Positions 49,341 through 59,707 of a stretch of DNA of 64,000 nt are shown here, piece by piece. Position 1 is the first letter of the stretch; every line of letters starts with the position of its first letter. The notes beneath the pieces were generated by a model that did not search any database, was not told the origin of the DNA, and saw only the letters and a list, made by a program, of their open reading frames with translations. Where the stretch lies: contig OY760074.1 of assembly GCA_963663035.1 (NCBI GenBank), positions 96,001 through 160,000 on the forward strand, given 5' to 3'. Source of the DNA: Acidobacteriota bacterium. Its GTDB lineage: Bacteria > Acidobacteriota > UBA6911 > RPQK01 > JADFOI01. The translations under genes were made by a program, and so were the position numbers.

Positions 49341-51056
49341 ATGTATAAGAATGCTATAGCTATCTTCGTTCTCCCCTTGCTTTCCTGCTCCCTTCTTTGG
49401 AGTCAGAGCTCCGACCTGGCAGCGGGGTTGGAGGCCGATGTGGTCTACCACAGCGGTCAGGTGGTGACCGTCAATGAGAACGATGACATCGTCTCAGCCA
49501 TAGCCATAAAGAATAGCAGGATCGCGGGTCTCGGCTCAGACGATAGCGTGTTGAAATTAGCTGGCCCCAGGACTTTACGTGTGAACCTGGAAGGCAAGAC
49601 CGTACTTCCCGGATTCTATGATTCTCATGTTCATCTGAGATCCGGACAAGGTCCCGGTGTCCAGGACTGGACCGGGGTCAGAACTCGGGTGGGATTACTG
49701 GATGCCCTGAGGGAGCATGCCTCCCACCTCGAGGAGGATGAGTGGGTGAGTGGGGTTTTGAGAAATGAGGATTGGCCGGAAGACAAACTGCCCAACCGAT
49801 GGGACATAGACGAGATGGTCCCACGACATCCGGTCGTTTTAACTCGTGGAGCCCACATGATGGTGGTGAACTCCATGGGTTTGGCCAAGGCCGAGATCAC
49901 CAGGTCCACAGCTGAGCCTCGCGGAGGGACGATTGTTCGAGACGAAAAAGGGGAACTGACGGGTTGGCTGAAAGAGAGTCCGGCCTGGCGGCTCGTCTGG
50001 AGGGTGGCTCCCCGGCCCTCGCCGGACCGGGACACCATCAAGGTGAATATGCGTCACCAGCTGGAGGACCTCCTGAAGGTGGGAATAACTAGTCTCAATG
50101 TGGCTGGAGTCCGGCCTTCACAGTTGAGCACAGTTCAGGAGATCTATGAGGCCTGGGGAGAAACACTTCCTCGCACAACGATGCAAGTACGACTGTCACC
50201 CGGTTACGATCAAAATGACACCCTGGAAGAGGGTATAGAGCGGTCTATTGGGGAACTGAGGGGCTTAGGCATTCGCACAGGCTTTGGCAATGACCGTCTC
50301 AAGTTGGGTGCCATAAAGATGAGTGTCGATGGTGGATTCAGTGGGGAGGCCTTCTGGTCCTCCGAGCCCTATCCCAACCGACCGGATTTCACGGGACTCG
50401 TCCGCATTCCCGGCGAGGCTCTTTATCCGGTGGCCAAAGAAGCTCATGATCGTGGCTGGCAGCTGGGAATTCATACCATTGGAGATGCTGCGGTGATGAT
50501 GGCGGTGGATGTACTGGAGAGGATTTTGGAGGAAAGTCCCCGTGAGAATCATCGACACTATCTGCACCACGTCAGCGTGCTGCCTCCCCTGGAGACGCTC
50601 CAGAAGATGGCCAGGCTCAACATCGGAGTCTCCAGCCAGCCAAACTTCATTAACAGTCTGGGACCTTTTGCCGCCAATAGTCTGCGAGACGAGCGCCTGG
50701 CCAGGAACAATCCCCAAAGCTCGCTCGCTCGACAGGGTATTGGCCTCTTCTACGGTTCTGATGCGATGCCCTACGATCCCATCTTTGGAATCTGGACCGC
50801 TGTGACCCGTACTGGCCACGACGGAAAGATCTATGGAGCCGATGAGGGAGTAAGTGTGAAGGACGCCATCAAAAGTTATACCTTTGGCACGGCCTACTGG
50901 AACTTCGATGACCAGCAGCGCGGATCGCTGGAAATCGGCAAAGTAGCGGACATGGTGATTCTCTCAGGGAACCTTTTGACCATCGATCCAGACCGCATCC
51001 GCGAAATCCAGGTTGAAAAAACGATTGTGGCCGGTACCGTTCTTTACAGTCGCTAG
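49341..51056 (+). CDS. Secreted amidohydrolase 3 (YtcJ-like)
   Basis: PGFYDSHVH, KMSVDGG, HTIGD, GSD and GSLEIGKVAD. Confidence 0.9.
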   Translation: MYKNAIAIFVLPLLSCSLLWSQSSDLAAGLEADVVYHSGQVVTVNENDDIVSAIAIKNSRIAGLGSDDSVLKLAGPRTLRVNLEGKTVLPGFYDSHVHLRSGQGPGVQDWTGVRTRVGLLDALREHASHLEEDEWVSGVLRNEDWPEDKLPNRWDIDEMVPRHPVVLTRGAHMMVVNSMGLAKAEITRSTAEPRGGTIVRDEKGELTGWLKESPAWRLVWRVAPRPSPDRDTIKVNMRHQLEDLLKVGITSLNVAGVRPSQLSTVQEIYEAWGETLPRTTMQVRLSPGYDQNDTLEEGIERSIGELRGLGIRTGFGNDRLKLGAIKMSVDGGFSGEAFWSSEPYPNRPDFTGLVRIPGEALYPVAKEAHDRGWQLGIHTIGDAAVMMAVDVLERILEESPRENHRHYLHHVSVLPPLETLQKMARLNIGVSSQPNFINSLGPFAANSLRDERLARNNPQSSLARQGIGLFYGSDAMPYDPIFGIWTAVTRTGHDGKIYGADEGVSVKDAIKSYTFGTAYWNFDDQQRGSLEIGKVADMVILSGNLLTIDPDRIREIQVEKTIVAGTVLYSR

Positions 51057-51148
51057 CTTCTTGGGAAAGAGAGGGACACTTTGTGAGTCCTGATGGCGAC
51101 AGTAAGAGGGCTCGGTTGAGAAATGCTAGAATTTAACAGGAGGCAACC

Positions 51149-51346
51149 TTGAAATATAAGATCGTAATGAAGAAATCGGAGGAAGGCTACAGTGTCTCCT
51201 GTCTTGGTCTGCCCGGATGCTGGTCTCAAGGCGAGACCGAAGAGGAGGCCATCAAGAACATTCAATCTGCCATTCAGGAGTATCTGGCGGCAGTCGATGA
51301 CTCCGTCAAAGGTGCCGACGTCCGGGAAGTGGAAGTTACGACATAG
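51149..51346 (+). CDS. hicB: HicB-like antitoxin (short)
   Basis: LPGCWSQGETEEEAIKNI. Confidence 0.85.
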   Translation: MKYKIVMKKSEEGYSVSCLGLPGCWSQGETEEEAIKNIQSAIQEYLAAVDDSVKGADVREVEVTT

Positions 51347-51348
51347 CC

Positions 51349-51561
51349 GTGCCGAAGATAGCCGGCGTCAACCATCTTCAGGCCGTGAAGGCGTTGGAAA
51401 AGGCTGGGTTCAAGATCGTTCGGCAGGGCAAGCATGTTGTGATGTCAGACGGCACCCGCATCCTCACCATTCCTCGCAACAACCCAGTCAACCCGTATAC
51501 ATTGGGCGGTATTGTGGGTGATGCTGGACTTTCTGTAGAGGAATTCCGCAAGTTACTCTGA
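51349..51561 (+). CDS. hicA: HicA-like mRNA interferase toxin
   Basis: ALEKAGF..RQGKH...TL..I..DAGLSVEEF. Confidence 0.85.
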   Translation: MPKIAGVNHLQAVKALEKAGFKIVRQGKHVVMSDGTRILTIPRNNPVNPYTLGGIVGDAGLSVEEFRKLL

Positions 51562-51572
51562 GGTGGGGATCC

Positions 51573-51600
51573 CTCTAACAAGCCGCTCAAGCTGCCGGTC
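51573..51600 (+). other. Left half of an attC-like site
   Basis: CTCTAAC-AAGCCG-CTCAAGC-TGCC starts just after the hicA stop. No R' GTTRRRY box found. Confidence 0.45.
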
Positions 51601-51619
51601 GGTTTCGCCGCCCACCCCA

Positions 51620-51660
51620 TATTCCCATTGCCTTCATCCCCTTTAAGGCTTAACATCTAG
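51620..51660 (+). promoter_or_regulatory. Repeated promoter module H
   Basis: CCCATTGCCT-N17-TAACATCT, related to the modules at 23329 and 43753. Confidence 0.6.
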
Positions 51661-51695
51661 GACAAGCAAGACCCGCTTGGAGAGGGAGTCAAGAA

Positions 51696-54600
51696 GTGAT
51701 CGGCACCACCATTAGCCACTTCAAAGTCCTGGAAAAGATCGGACAGGGCGGCATGGGCGAGGTTTATCGGGCTGAGGATACCAACCTGAGCCGTGAAGTG
51801 GCCATCAAAGTCCTGCCCGAGCAGTTCACCCAGGACCCTCAACGACTGGCGGGCTTGGTTGAGCAGGTGCAAGCAGACTATGACCGCTTTGGGACCGGGA
51901 GCGGCGCATGGTGGCCAAGGTGGAAGTGAGTGAGCGCGGGTTCAACCGTCGCTTTGTGGTCACCAACCGCCAGGATCTCACGGCCGGGCAGCTGTATGAC
52001 CAACGCGAGGCCAAACTCCCTGCGCCAACACAGATATACAGCCCCCTGCGGGCCGAGCTGTTTCCGGAAGGGGCTCTCGCTTCATCTCTTCAAAGTCCTG
52101 GAAAAGATCGGACAGGGCGGCATGGGCGAGGTTTATCGGGCTGAGGATACCAACCTGAGCCGTGAAGTGGCCATCAAAGTCCTGCCCGAGCAGTTCACCC
52201 AGGACCCTCAACGACTGGCCCGCTTTGAACGCGAGGCCAAACTTCTGGCCTCACTCAATCATCCCAACATTGCCGCCATTCACAGCTTTGAGCACGCAGA
52301 TGACATTCATTTCCTGGTGCTCGAGTTGGTCCCAGGCGACACGCTGGCCGAACGTGTCACCAGAGGCCCACTCCCAGTCGAAGAAGCACTGGAAGTTTGC
52401 CGTCAGATTGCCGAGGGCGTGGAGGCTGCCCATGAGAAAGGCGTCATCCACCGAGATCTGAAGCCCGCCAACGTGAAGATCACCCCTGAGGGCAAGGTCA
52501 AGATTCTGGACTTCGGACTGGCCAAGGCGTTTGAGGCAGAAGCGCCAGTCACAGACATTTCCCAATCGCCCACGCTGACAGAGGAAATGACGAGGGCTGG
52601 TGTCATCCTGGGAACAGCCGCCTACATGAGTCCCGAGCAGGCCAAGGGAAAGCCGGTGGATAAAAGGGCGGATATCTTTGCCTTCGGCGCCGTTTTGTAC
52701 GAGCTGTTGACTGGAAAGAGGGCCTTCGGAGGGGAGACCATTACCGAAACCCTGGGAGCCATCATTCATAAAGAACCCGATTGGAACAGGCTGCCTGAGA
52801 ACACACCTGGGAACATTCGTAACCTGCTTCGCCGATGTCTTCACAAGGATCTCCTAAGGCGTTTTCGCGACGCGGCCGATGTCCGTATCGAGGTCGAGGA
52901 GGCACTCAGTCATCCGCTGCAAGTCGATTTCGGGCGCTCATCTGGAGCCTCACAAACGAGTCGCCAGAATTCCTGGGCTGTGCCTGCGGCAGTAGGCGCA
53001 TTCGCTTTTCTACTGGGAGCTGGGGCCGTCTATTGGTCTTTACAGCGACCGGTCCCAGCCGTAGAGCAGCCGACGGGAAGATTTGTGATCGATCTGGGAC
53101 CTGATCAACAGTTCCCGTATGAGATCACCGGTGTTGCCACCGGAGCCCAGGCCGAGTCTTTTGCTATTTCACCCGACGGTAAACATGTTGTCTACGCGGC
53201 TGCTGGTCTCGATCAAGGGGAAACACAGCTTTACCTGCGCACCTTAGATCGTTATGAGTCCCGTCCGATTCCCGATACGGAAGGCGCCACCGACCCGGTT
53301 TTTTCACCCGACAGCCAGTGGCTCGGCTTTCTTTCAGGAAGCGAACTCAAGAAGGTAGCGCTGGCAGGAGGATCACCTGTGAGCCTCTGCACATTCTCGG
53401 ATGATGATCTACCGATCTTCGGTGGGCTGACTTGGGGAGAAAGCGACCTGATCGTCTTTGGAAGGCTCAACTCGGGACTGTGGCAGGTACCAGGAACGGG
53501 CGGTGAGCCGCAACCCCTGACCACCCTGGACTCAGAGAGTGGCGAGACACGCCACGCGGATCCTCAATTTCTTCCGAGTGGTGAGGCGTTACTCTTTTAT
53601 TTGGTGGCAGGTGAGGGCCCGAAAATCTGGGTTCTTTCTGTGGAGACGGGCGAACGAAACGAAGTGCTGGAGGGTTTGCGCCCTCGCTACGCCTCCTCAG
53701 GCCATATCGTTTTTCAGCGTCGGGATTCCCTTTATGCTGTACCCTTCGATGTCAAGAGCCTCGAGGTCACCGGTTCTCCTGTCCCTCTTCCTCACAGGGT
53801 CAGGACTCAGCCGGTCACAAATCTGGCGGATTTTGCTTTCTCTGAGACTGGAACGCTGGTTTACCGGCTCCCCACTCAGGAGGAGGGTAGCAGAAAACTG
53901 GTGTGGGTGGATCGTCGGGGACAAGTCCAGCCGGTCACGGAGATCCAACGGCGGTTCGAAGAACCGCGCCTCTCCCCCGATGAGAGCCATCTGGCCGTTA
54001 CAATCCTGGGCCTTGGTGGATTTAACGTCTGGATCTACGAATTTGCCCGCGGGATATTGACCCCGCTCACCGTTGAAGGAGGAAACAGAGCCATCTGGAC
54101 ACCAGACGGCCAGAGACTGACCTTCTCTTCTAGCGGTCTGGATGCCCCGATCTTCTGGACGGAGGCGGATGGCAGTGGCGAGGCCGAAGCTCTGGTGACC
54201 AGGACGGGGGCCGCCACTCGGGTCATTGCCACATCCTGGTCGTCAGAAGGGGTCCTGGCTTACACACACGGGATTGTCAACAATCTGGACATCTGGGTGA
54301 TGGCGCTCGAAGGTGACCGGGAGCCACAACCGTTTCTTGCCACAGAGTTCAATGAACGCCACTCCATGTTCTCCCCCGACGGCAGTTGGGTGGCATTGAC
54401 TTCCGATCGCTCCGGCCAGGACGAGATCTATGTTAAACCCTATCCCGCCGAGGGGGGACTTGTGCAGATCTCTACGGATGGCGGAGTTGAGCCGGTCTGG
54501 GCCCGCAGCGGAAGGGACCTGTTCTACCGCAGCCAGGACAAGATGATGGTCGTGTCTATTCAGACGCAGCCGACATTCCAGGCAGAAACGCCCAGGCTTC

Positions 54601-54776
54601 TGTTCGAGGACTCCTACAGCGAAAGCTATCTCTCTTTGACCTCGAATTTCGATGTCACGGCCGACGGCCAGCGCTTCGTGATGGTCCAGCTGAGCCAGGA
54701 CCGTGTGGAGCCTGAAAGCCTGAACATCGTCCTCAACTGGTTTGAAGAACTCAAGCGCCTGGTGCCGATCGAGTAG
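51696..54776 (+). CDS. Ser/Thr kinase-TolB/PD40 fusion; 5' end scrambled with IS1380 pieces (51851-52089)
   Basis: [41 protein letters not shown] repeats and [11 protein letters not shown]. The segment 51719-51850 is duplicated at 52088-52219. Confidence 0.8.
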
Positions 54777-54785
54777 TCGTGCGCT

Positions 54786-54893
54786 GAAATATGGGGACAG
54801 ACTACCCGTTTCCCCATTTCGAAAATGAGGAAACGGGTAGTCAGTCCCCACATTTCATCTACGGACAGTCTCGTTACGCAGCTTGGAGGGGGG
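54786..54893. repeat. Long GGGGACAG REP-like hairpin + promoter-deleted leader
   Basis: GGGGACAGACTACCCGTTTCCCCATTT / AAATGAGGAAACGGGTAGTCAGTCCCC inverted repeat, then CCCACATTTC|ATCTACGGACAGTCTCGTTACGCAG, homologous to 23317-23396 without the -35/-10 core. Confidence 0.75.
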
Positions 54894-54901
54894 AAGCCAT
54901 C

Positions 54902-56668
54902 ATGAAATATTCGAAACTGACACTGCCAGGGTTATTGTCCATTCTCCTTTGGGTTTGCACCAGCTGCTCATCGACTGTTCCCGATGCGCTGGCGCCGGAT
55001 ATGGTTTTGCACGGTGGAAAGATTGTGACCGTGGATGAGAGTTTTTCCATTGCTCAGGCCGTGGCCATCAAGGACGGACGCATTGTAGCGGTGGGATCGG
55101 ATAATGAAATCCTTTCCCTCTCCGGTGCTGATACCGAGGTGGTGAACCTGGAAGGGAAGACTGTCCTGCCCGGCTTCAATGACTCCCATCTTCACCTGGC
55201 CTGGCCGGTGGGAGAGGCTCCCAATCCCGCCATAGCGGAGTTGGCGGCAGCTCGCTCCATCGGAGAAATTGTGGACATTGTCCGCCGGGAAGTGGAGGCC
55301 GCCTCCCCCGGGGAACTGGTGTGGATTCCCTTTGGGCCGTCGATGGTGACCCAGATCGAGGAGGAGCGCTGGCCCAACAAGTACGATCTGGATCCGGTTT
55401 CGCCCGACAACCCGGTCATGCTCACCTTTGGCGCCGATGGTGTCTATGTCACCAACAGCGTGGGCCTGGCCAAAGCCAACCTCAGCCGAAGGACTCCCCA
55501 GCCTCACGAGAGAGGGCTGATGGGGGAGCTGGAAATCGATAGCAGGAACGGACAGCTCACCGGTGTTCTGAAAGGCCGATCCGCCGCTCATCTGCTGCGG
55601 GAGCCCTTGGAAGTCTGGTCGACGGACATTCTGACCGAGAATATCGCTCGCTCCATGAAGGCCGATGTCGTCCCCTATGGGATTACCAGCCTGGGAGATC
55701 CGGCCATGGCCAGCAACAATCAACCCATTCAACACGCTTTTCAGCGGGTGGCACAAAGTGAAGAAGGCTTACTCGCTCGGGTCAACCTGATGATTCGAGT
55801 GCCCGTCCGGGCCCTCTCCGCTCAAGAGTGCATTGACCTGATCAGAGGTCTTCTCTTTCAACCCCCTTTCAAGAATGATTTCCTGCGCGTGGGGACCTTC
55901 AAGCTGAGTATGGATAAGGGATAACCCGGCGCCAGGCCCTATATTGTGCCCGAGGAGAAGGGGAAGCAGGTCCTCATCGAGGGACACAAAGCCGGCTGGC
56001 AACTCTACGTGCACCTCACCACTCCGGAAACCTTCGACTATGCCAGCGAGGCGCTCGAGGAAGCCTATCGACTCTATCCTCGAGAGGATGCCCGCCATGT
56101 TTTCACCCATATTCCGCGCCCCACCCAGGCCAACATCGACACCATGAAGCGGCTGGGAATAATTGCCGATCTCCAGGTCAACCGCATCTATCATCTAGCC
56201 GATGACGCCGAAGAGAACGTCACCGCCAACCCCGAGCGGCCCGATCTGGGCTCCAGACCGGTAGGCACTTATCGGGATGCCGGCATTCCGGTGATTCTCA
56301 GCAGTGACCAGGCTCCGGTGGGTCCGCTCTTCACGATCTACGAGGCCGTCAACCGGGTGCGCAAATCTGGAAAGGTGTATCAACCGGAAGAGAAATTGAC
56401 GCTGGAGGAAGCCATCCGTGCCGTGACCATCACCTCCGCCTGGACCTTCTTTGAGGCTGATGTCAAGGGATCGATTGAGGCCGGAAAGTTTGCTGATCTG
56501 GTGGTGTTGGGCCGCGACATTTTAACGGTGGACCCTATGGAGATCAAAGACATTCCCGTGCTCATGACGATGACGGGTGGAAAATTCGTGTACATCAATC
56601 CCAACCAGGATCCCAATCAGAAGGTGGAATATTTTCGTTACCCCCAGCGGACGTCCTATTTGGACTGA
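54902..56668 (+). pseudogene. Amidohydrolase 3 with one in-frame TAA (55922-55924)
   Basis: Two same-frame ORFs (PGFNDSHLH ... KLSMDKG*PGARP ... GSIEAGKFAD) together form one YtcJ-like protein. Confidence 0.8.
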
Positions 56669-56685
56669 GAGTTGAGCCATCGGTC

Positions 56686-57025
56686 ATGATTCGATCTCAA
56701 GAAAGCAATTCCCCCCCTGGAACCAGCGCAGCTGATTGGCCCATGTTCGGTCACGATATCGGGGCCACTCGGTCAAATCTGGCTGAGAGTACTATAGGTC
56801 CGCAGAATGTCGGCCAACTGAAGGTGAAATGGACTTTTGAAAAGGCCGAGGGATTCAGTCAAAGCACTCCCATCGTGGTTGGGGACAGACTTCAATGGCG
56901 AGGTCATTGCGGGGCTCTATTGCGGAGGCGAATCGGCCGGTGGCTGCAGTCAGCATGGTACGGGCCGATGCACCACCCAGGGCTACATCGCCTGCAAGGT
57001 CGCCGCCTCCGAGCCGAGCTGGTAA
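56686..57025 (+). pseudogene. Chimera of a PQQ-enzyme N-terminus and an FAD-oxidoreductase C-terminus
   Basis: DWPMFGHD..NVGQLKVKWTF..STPIVVGDRL is joined out of frame near 56888 to DFNGEVIAGLYCGGESAGG..HG.GRC..QGYIA. Confidence 0.7.
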
Positions 57026-57389
57026 TTTGCGGCGGCCTACGCCAGTTAGCGGGGGGAGATTAAGGCAGAAATGCTTTGCAGATCTCTTCGATGTGACGGT
57101 GATCGGTCCCACAGCAGCCACCCAGGACGTTCAGGTTGCTCAGTCTGTTTCTCAGTTCCTTGTACTGGCTGGCGAGTTCCACCGGATTACCGTCATCGAG
57201 TTCCTCGGCCTCGTCCAGTTCAGCATGACTTTTGGTTGAAGCATTGGCTTTTAGGCCTCGAACTTTCTGTACCCACGGTTCACCAGCTGCCAGCGCGTCC
57301 TGGAAATGCAGAGGATGTGCACAGTTGATCATGTAATAGACGGTCGTGCTGTCGGTCGCCTCGTCCAGCTGGTCGATGGCAGCTCCTAG

Positions 57390-59028
57390 CCGCAATTATT
57401 CATAAGTTTGGGGTGAGTGTCGATTTTCTGCGGAAGTTCAGGGCTGAGAGTGTGTTCAGGTGCGATTACAAGGCGTCCAAGCTTGTTGAGCCGAATAGAG
57501 ATGAAGCGAGAGCCCCTTCCGGAAACAGCTCGGCCCGCAGGGGGCTGTATATCTGTGTTGGCGCAGGGAGTCAGGGGACCGTCAGGTGGGACACAGACGG
57601 TGCATCAGTAATGCGAAGAGCTTTTGTTCGGGATAAGACGATGCCAGGTGCACCCAGATGCGACGAGAAGTTTCCCGAACCCGGGCACCGATTTTGAACA
57701 GGCGGCGGCGGAGCGTCTCAATCTCCAGGTTGTGCCAGGGAGTCCCGCACAGGTAATCCCGCAGGCGCAGGATTAAGACATAGGCCAGGGCGTGGATGAA
57801 GAGTCGGAACTGGTTGGCCAGGAAACGGTGGCAGCTCAAGCGATCCATGGCCAGATCTTTTTTGAAAGCTTTCACGAAGTTCTCGCACTGGCCCCGTCCG
57901 ATGTAGTGGTCATACAGCTGCCCGGCCGTGAGATCCTGGCGGTTGGTGACCACAAAGCGACGGTTGAACCCGCGCTCGCTCACTTCCACCTTGGCCACCA
58001 TGCGCCGCTCCCGGTCCCAACTGTCGGCCTGATAGACGAGCTCGGTGAACTGGCGTTGCTTTTCTCCTGAGTCGTCATAGTCTGCTTGCACCTGCTCAAC
58101 CAAGGGCTCGACGGTGGCCGCCAGCCGGGAGTTGCGGGCAAAGCCCACCACATACTGCAGTTTTTCCTCCTCACAGAACTCGTACAGTGCCGGCGTCGCA
58201 AAGCCACTGTCGGCTCGCACTTCGATCGGAACATCGGATCCCAGAACCTGGCGCATCCGGGCCACCACCCGTTTGAGAACCGCCACCGCGTGGGCGGCCG
58301 CCCCCTGGTTGCCGGGCCGCAGTAGCGCACATACCAGATCGCCCGTCTCGCCATCGAATAGCAGCAGCGGATGATACATGTGCTCGCGATAATAGCCGTG
58401 GTAAAAGCTGAACTCCTGCTGCCCATGCGTGACGTCATCCGTGCTGTCGATGTCCAGGATGATCTTCTCGGGCCGGCTCTTCTTGCGGTGCTTCAAGTAG
58501 GTCTCCAGCAGCCACTGTCCCAGGCGAGTGAGATCCTTCGAGTCCACCGAGTTCTCCAGTCGCGACAGCGTGGGTTGAGAAGCCAGATCCGGATCGCTTT
58601 CCGGCAGCCGATCACACACGGTCTTGAAGATGGGATCCGAGCGCAAGCTGTCGGCATCGTTGCAGTCCTCATAGCCGGCCACGATCTGAAAGCTGCGCTG
58701 GGTGAGCAGTTCGCGAATCTGGTGGCGGACGTAGCGGCTATCTCGAGCGTCCTTCAGGCAGGAGGCAAAGCCAGCCGTCAGTCCGTGCTGTTGATCCAGG
58801 GCGTACAGACACAGCAGCCCGGCATCGGAGGAGAGCCGGCCTCCATCGAATCGAGCCACCACTTTTCTGTCAGGGTGAGATGGCAAGTTGATCTGGCAGA
58901 CTGATGCATCGCTGGGCCGTACCTTTTTGGTTTGGAGTTGTTTCATAACCCCTTTTATATCAAAGAGGTACGGCATCTTTTTGTGCCCTAGATCAGACCC
59001 CTTCTTCAGAATTTATGAATAATCCCGG
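57390..59028 (-). mobile_element. IS1380-family insertion sequence, copy 3
   Basis: CTAG TSD (57386-57389, 59029-59032). Differs from copy 1 by two visible substitutions near the transposase-upstream end. Confidence 0.95.
57582..58976 (-). CDS. IS1380-family transposase
   Basis: Protein identical to copies 1 and 2. Confidence 0.95.
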   Translation of the reverse strand: MPYLFDIKGVMKQLQTKKVRPSDASVCQINLPSHPDRKVVARFDGGRLSSDAGLLCLYALDQQHGLTAGFASCLKDARDSRYVRHQIRELLTQRSFQIVAGYEDCNDADSLRSDPIFKTVCDRLPESDPDLASQPTLSRLENSVDSKDLTRLGQWLLETYLKHRKKSRPEKIILDIDSTDDVTHGQQEFSFYHGYYREHMYHPLLLFDGETGDLVCALLRPGNQGAAAHAVAVLKRVVARMRQVLGSDVPIEVRADSGFATPALYEFCEEEKLQYVVGFARNSRLAATVEPLVEQVQADYDDSGEKQRQFTELVYQADSWDRERRMVAKVEVSERGFNRRFVVTNRQDLTAGQLYDHYIGRGQCENFVKAFKKDLAMDRLSCHRFLANQFRLFIHALAYVLILRLRDYLCGTPWHNLEIETLRRRLFKIGARVRETSRRIWVHLASSYPEQKLFALLMHRLCPT

Positions 59029-59707
59029 CTAGTGACTGACCCGTGGGTAACTTGCCGTCTGTTTCGACAGTAAATGAGATTGAAATGGGCATGCCTGCTG
59101 ATCCAGCTGCGCGCACAATCCCAATGGCTTCTTCAACATGGGTCATGGTCATGGCGCTCACCATGTCGGCCTCGGTTTCGCTAAAAGTTTCAAGTTGTGT
59201 GCTGTGATAGCTTTGGGCCTCTTCCTTGCTCATCAAAGAGGCAGGATTGTAGCCATCTCCACGAGGCCCAACGCATCCACTGATGACCATCCTGGTTTTT
59301 TCATTCTGGTATTGGTTCCGAATGTCAGAAAGGAACTGGATCGTCTCGCGGTTGAGATCAGCCAGCGCCTGGCTGGAATAGCCCAGTTTCTGGCCCCAGT
59401 CGGAACTGGCTCGCCAGGTGGGGCTCTGCAGAATGAATCCCACCTCATACTTTTGGGCAAGGGAAGCATAGGGGCGAAAGTATTTGCGGAGAGCTTCACG
59501 TCCTTCCTCACTCCTCATCAAGTCAAAAGCAGCGAAATGGGGCAACTCAAGACCCTCATGGAAGATGAGCGTGGTTTCCATGCCGCCATCGGTGAGGAAT
59601 AGATCGCCTGATAGTTGTGGTAAATCGTCTCTGTATTGGGCCATGTGTTATCTCCAGTCGCCTATTATGTTTGATGGAAGTTCCAGTTGCATGATTGAAT
59701 AGGGGAA

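Larger units (their letters stand above)
57060..59644 (-). pseudogene. Homocysteine S-methyltransferase family gene split by IS1380
   Basis: TDGGMETTL..GPRGDGY..KLPTGQSL | GAAID..INCAHP..GGCCGTD. Removing the IS plus one CTAG restores the frame. Confidence 0.92.

Noticed and set aside
51930-52087. Novel N-terminal extension on the 948-aa kinase ORF
   Set aside because: It is out-of-frame IS1380 sequence from the mosaic. The true start is the GTG at 51696.
55922-55924. Stop-codon recoding in the split amidohydrolase
   Set aside because: The codon is TAA, not TGA or TAG, and it is not at a Cys-equivalent motif.
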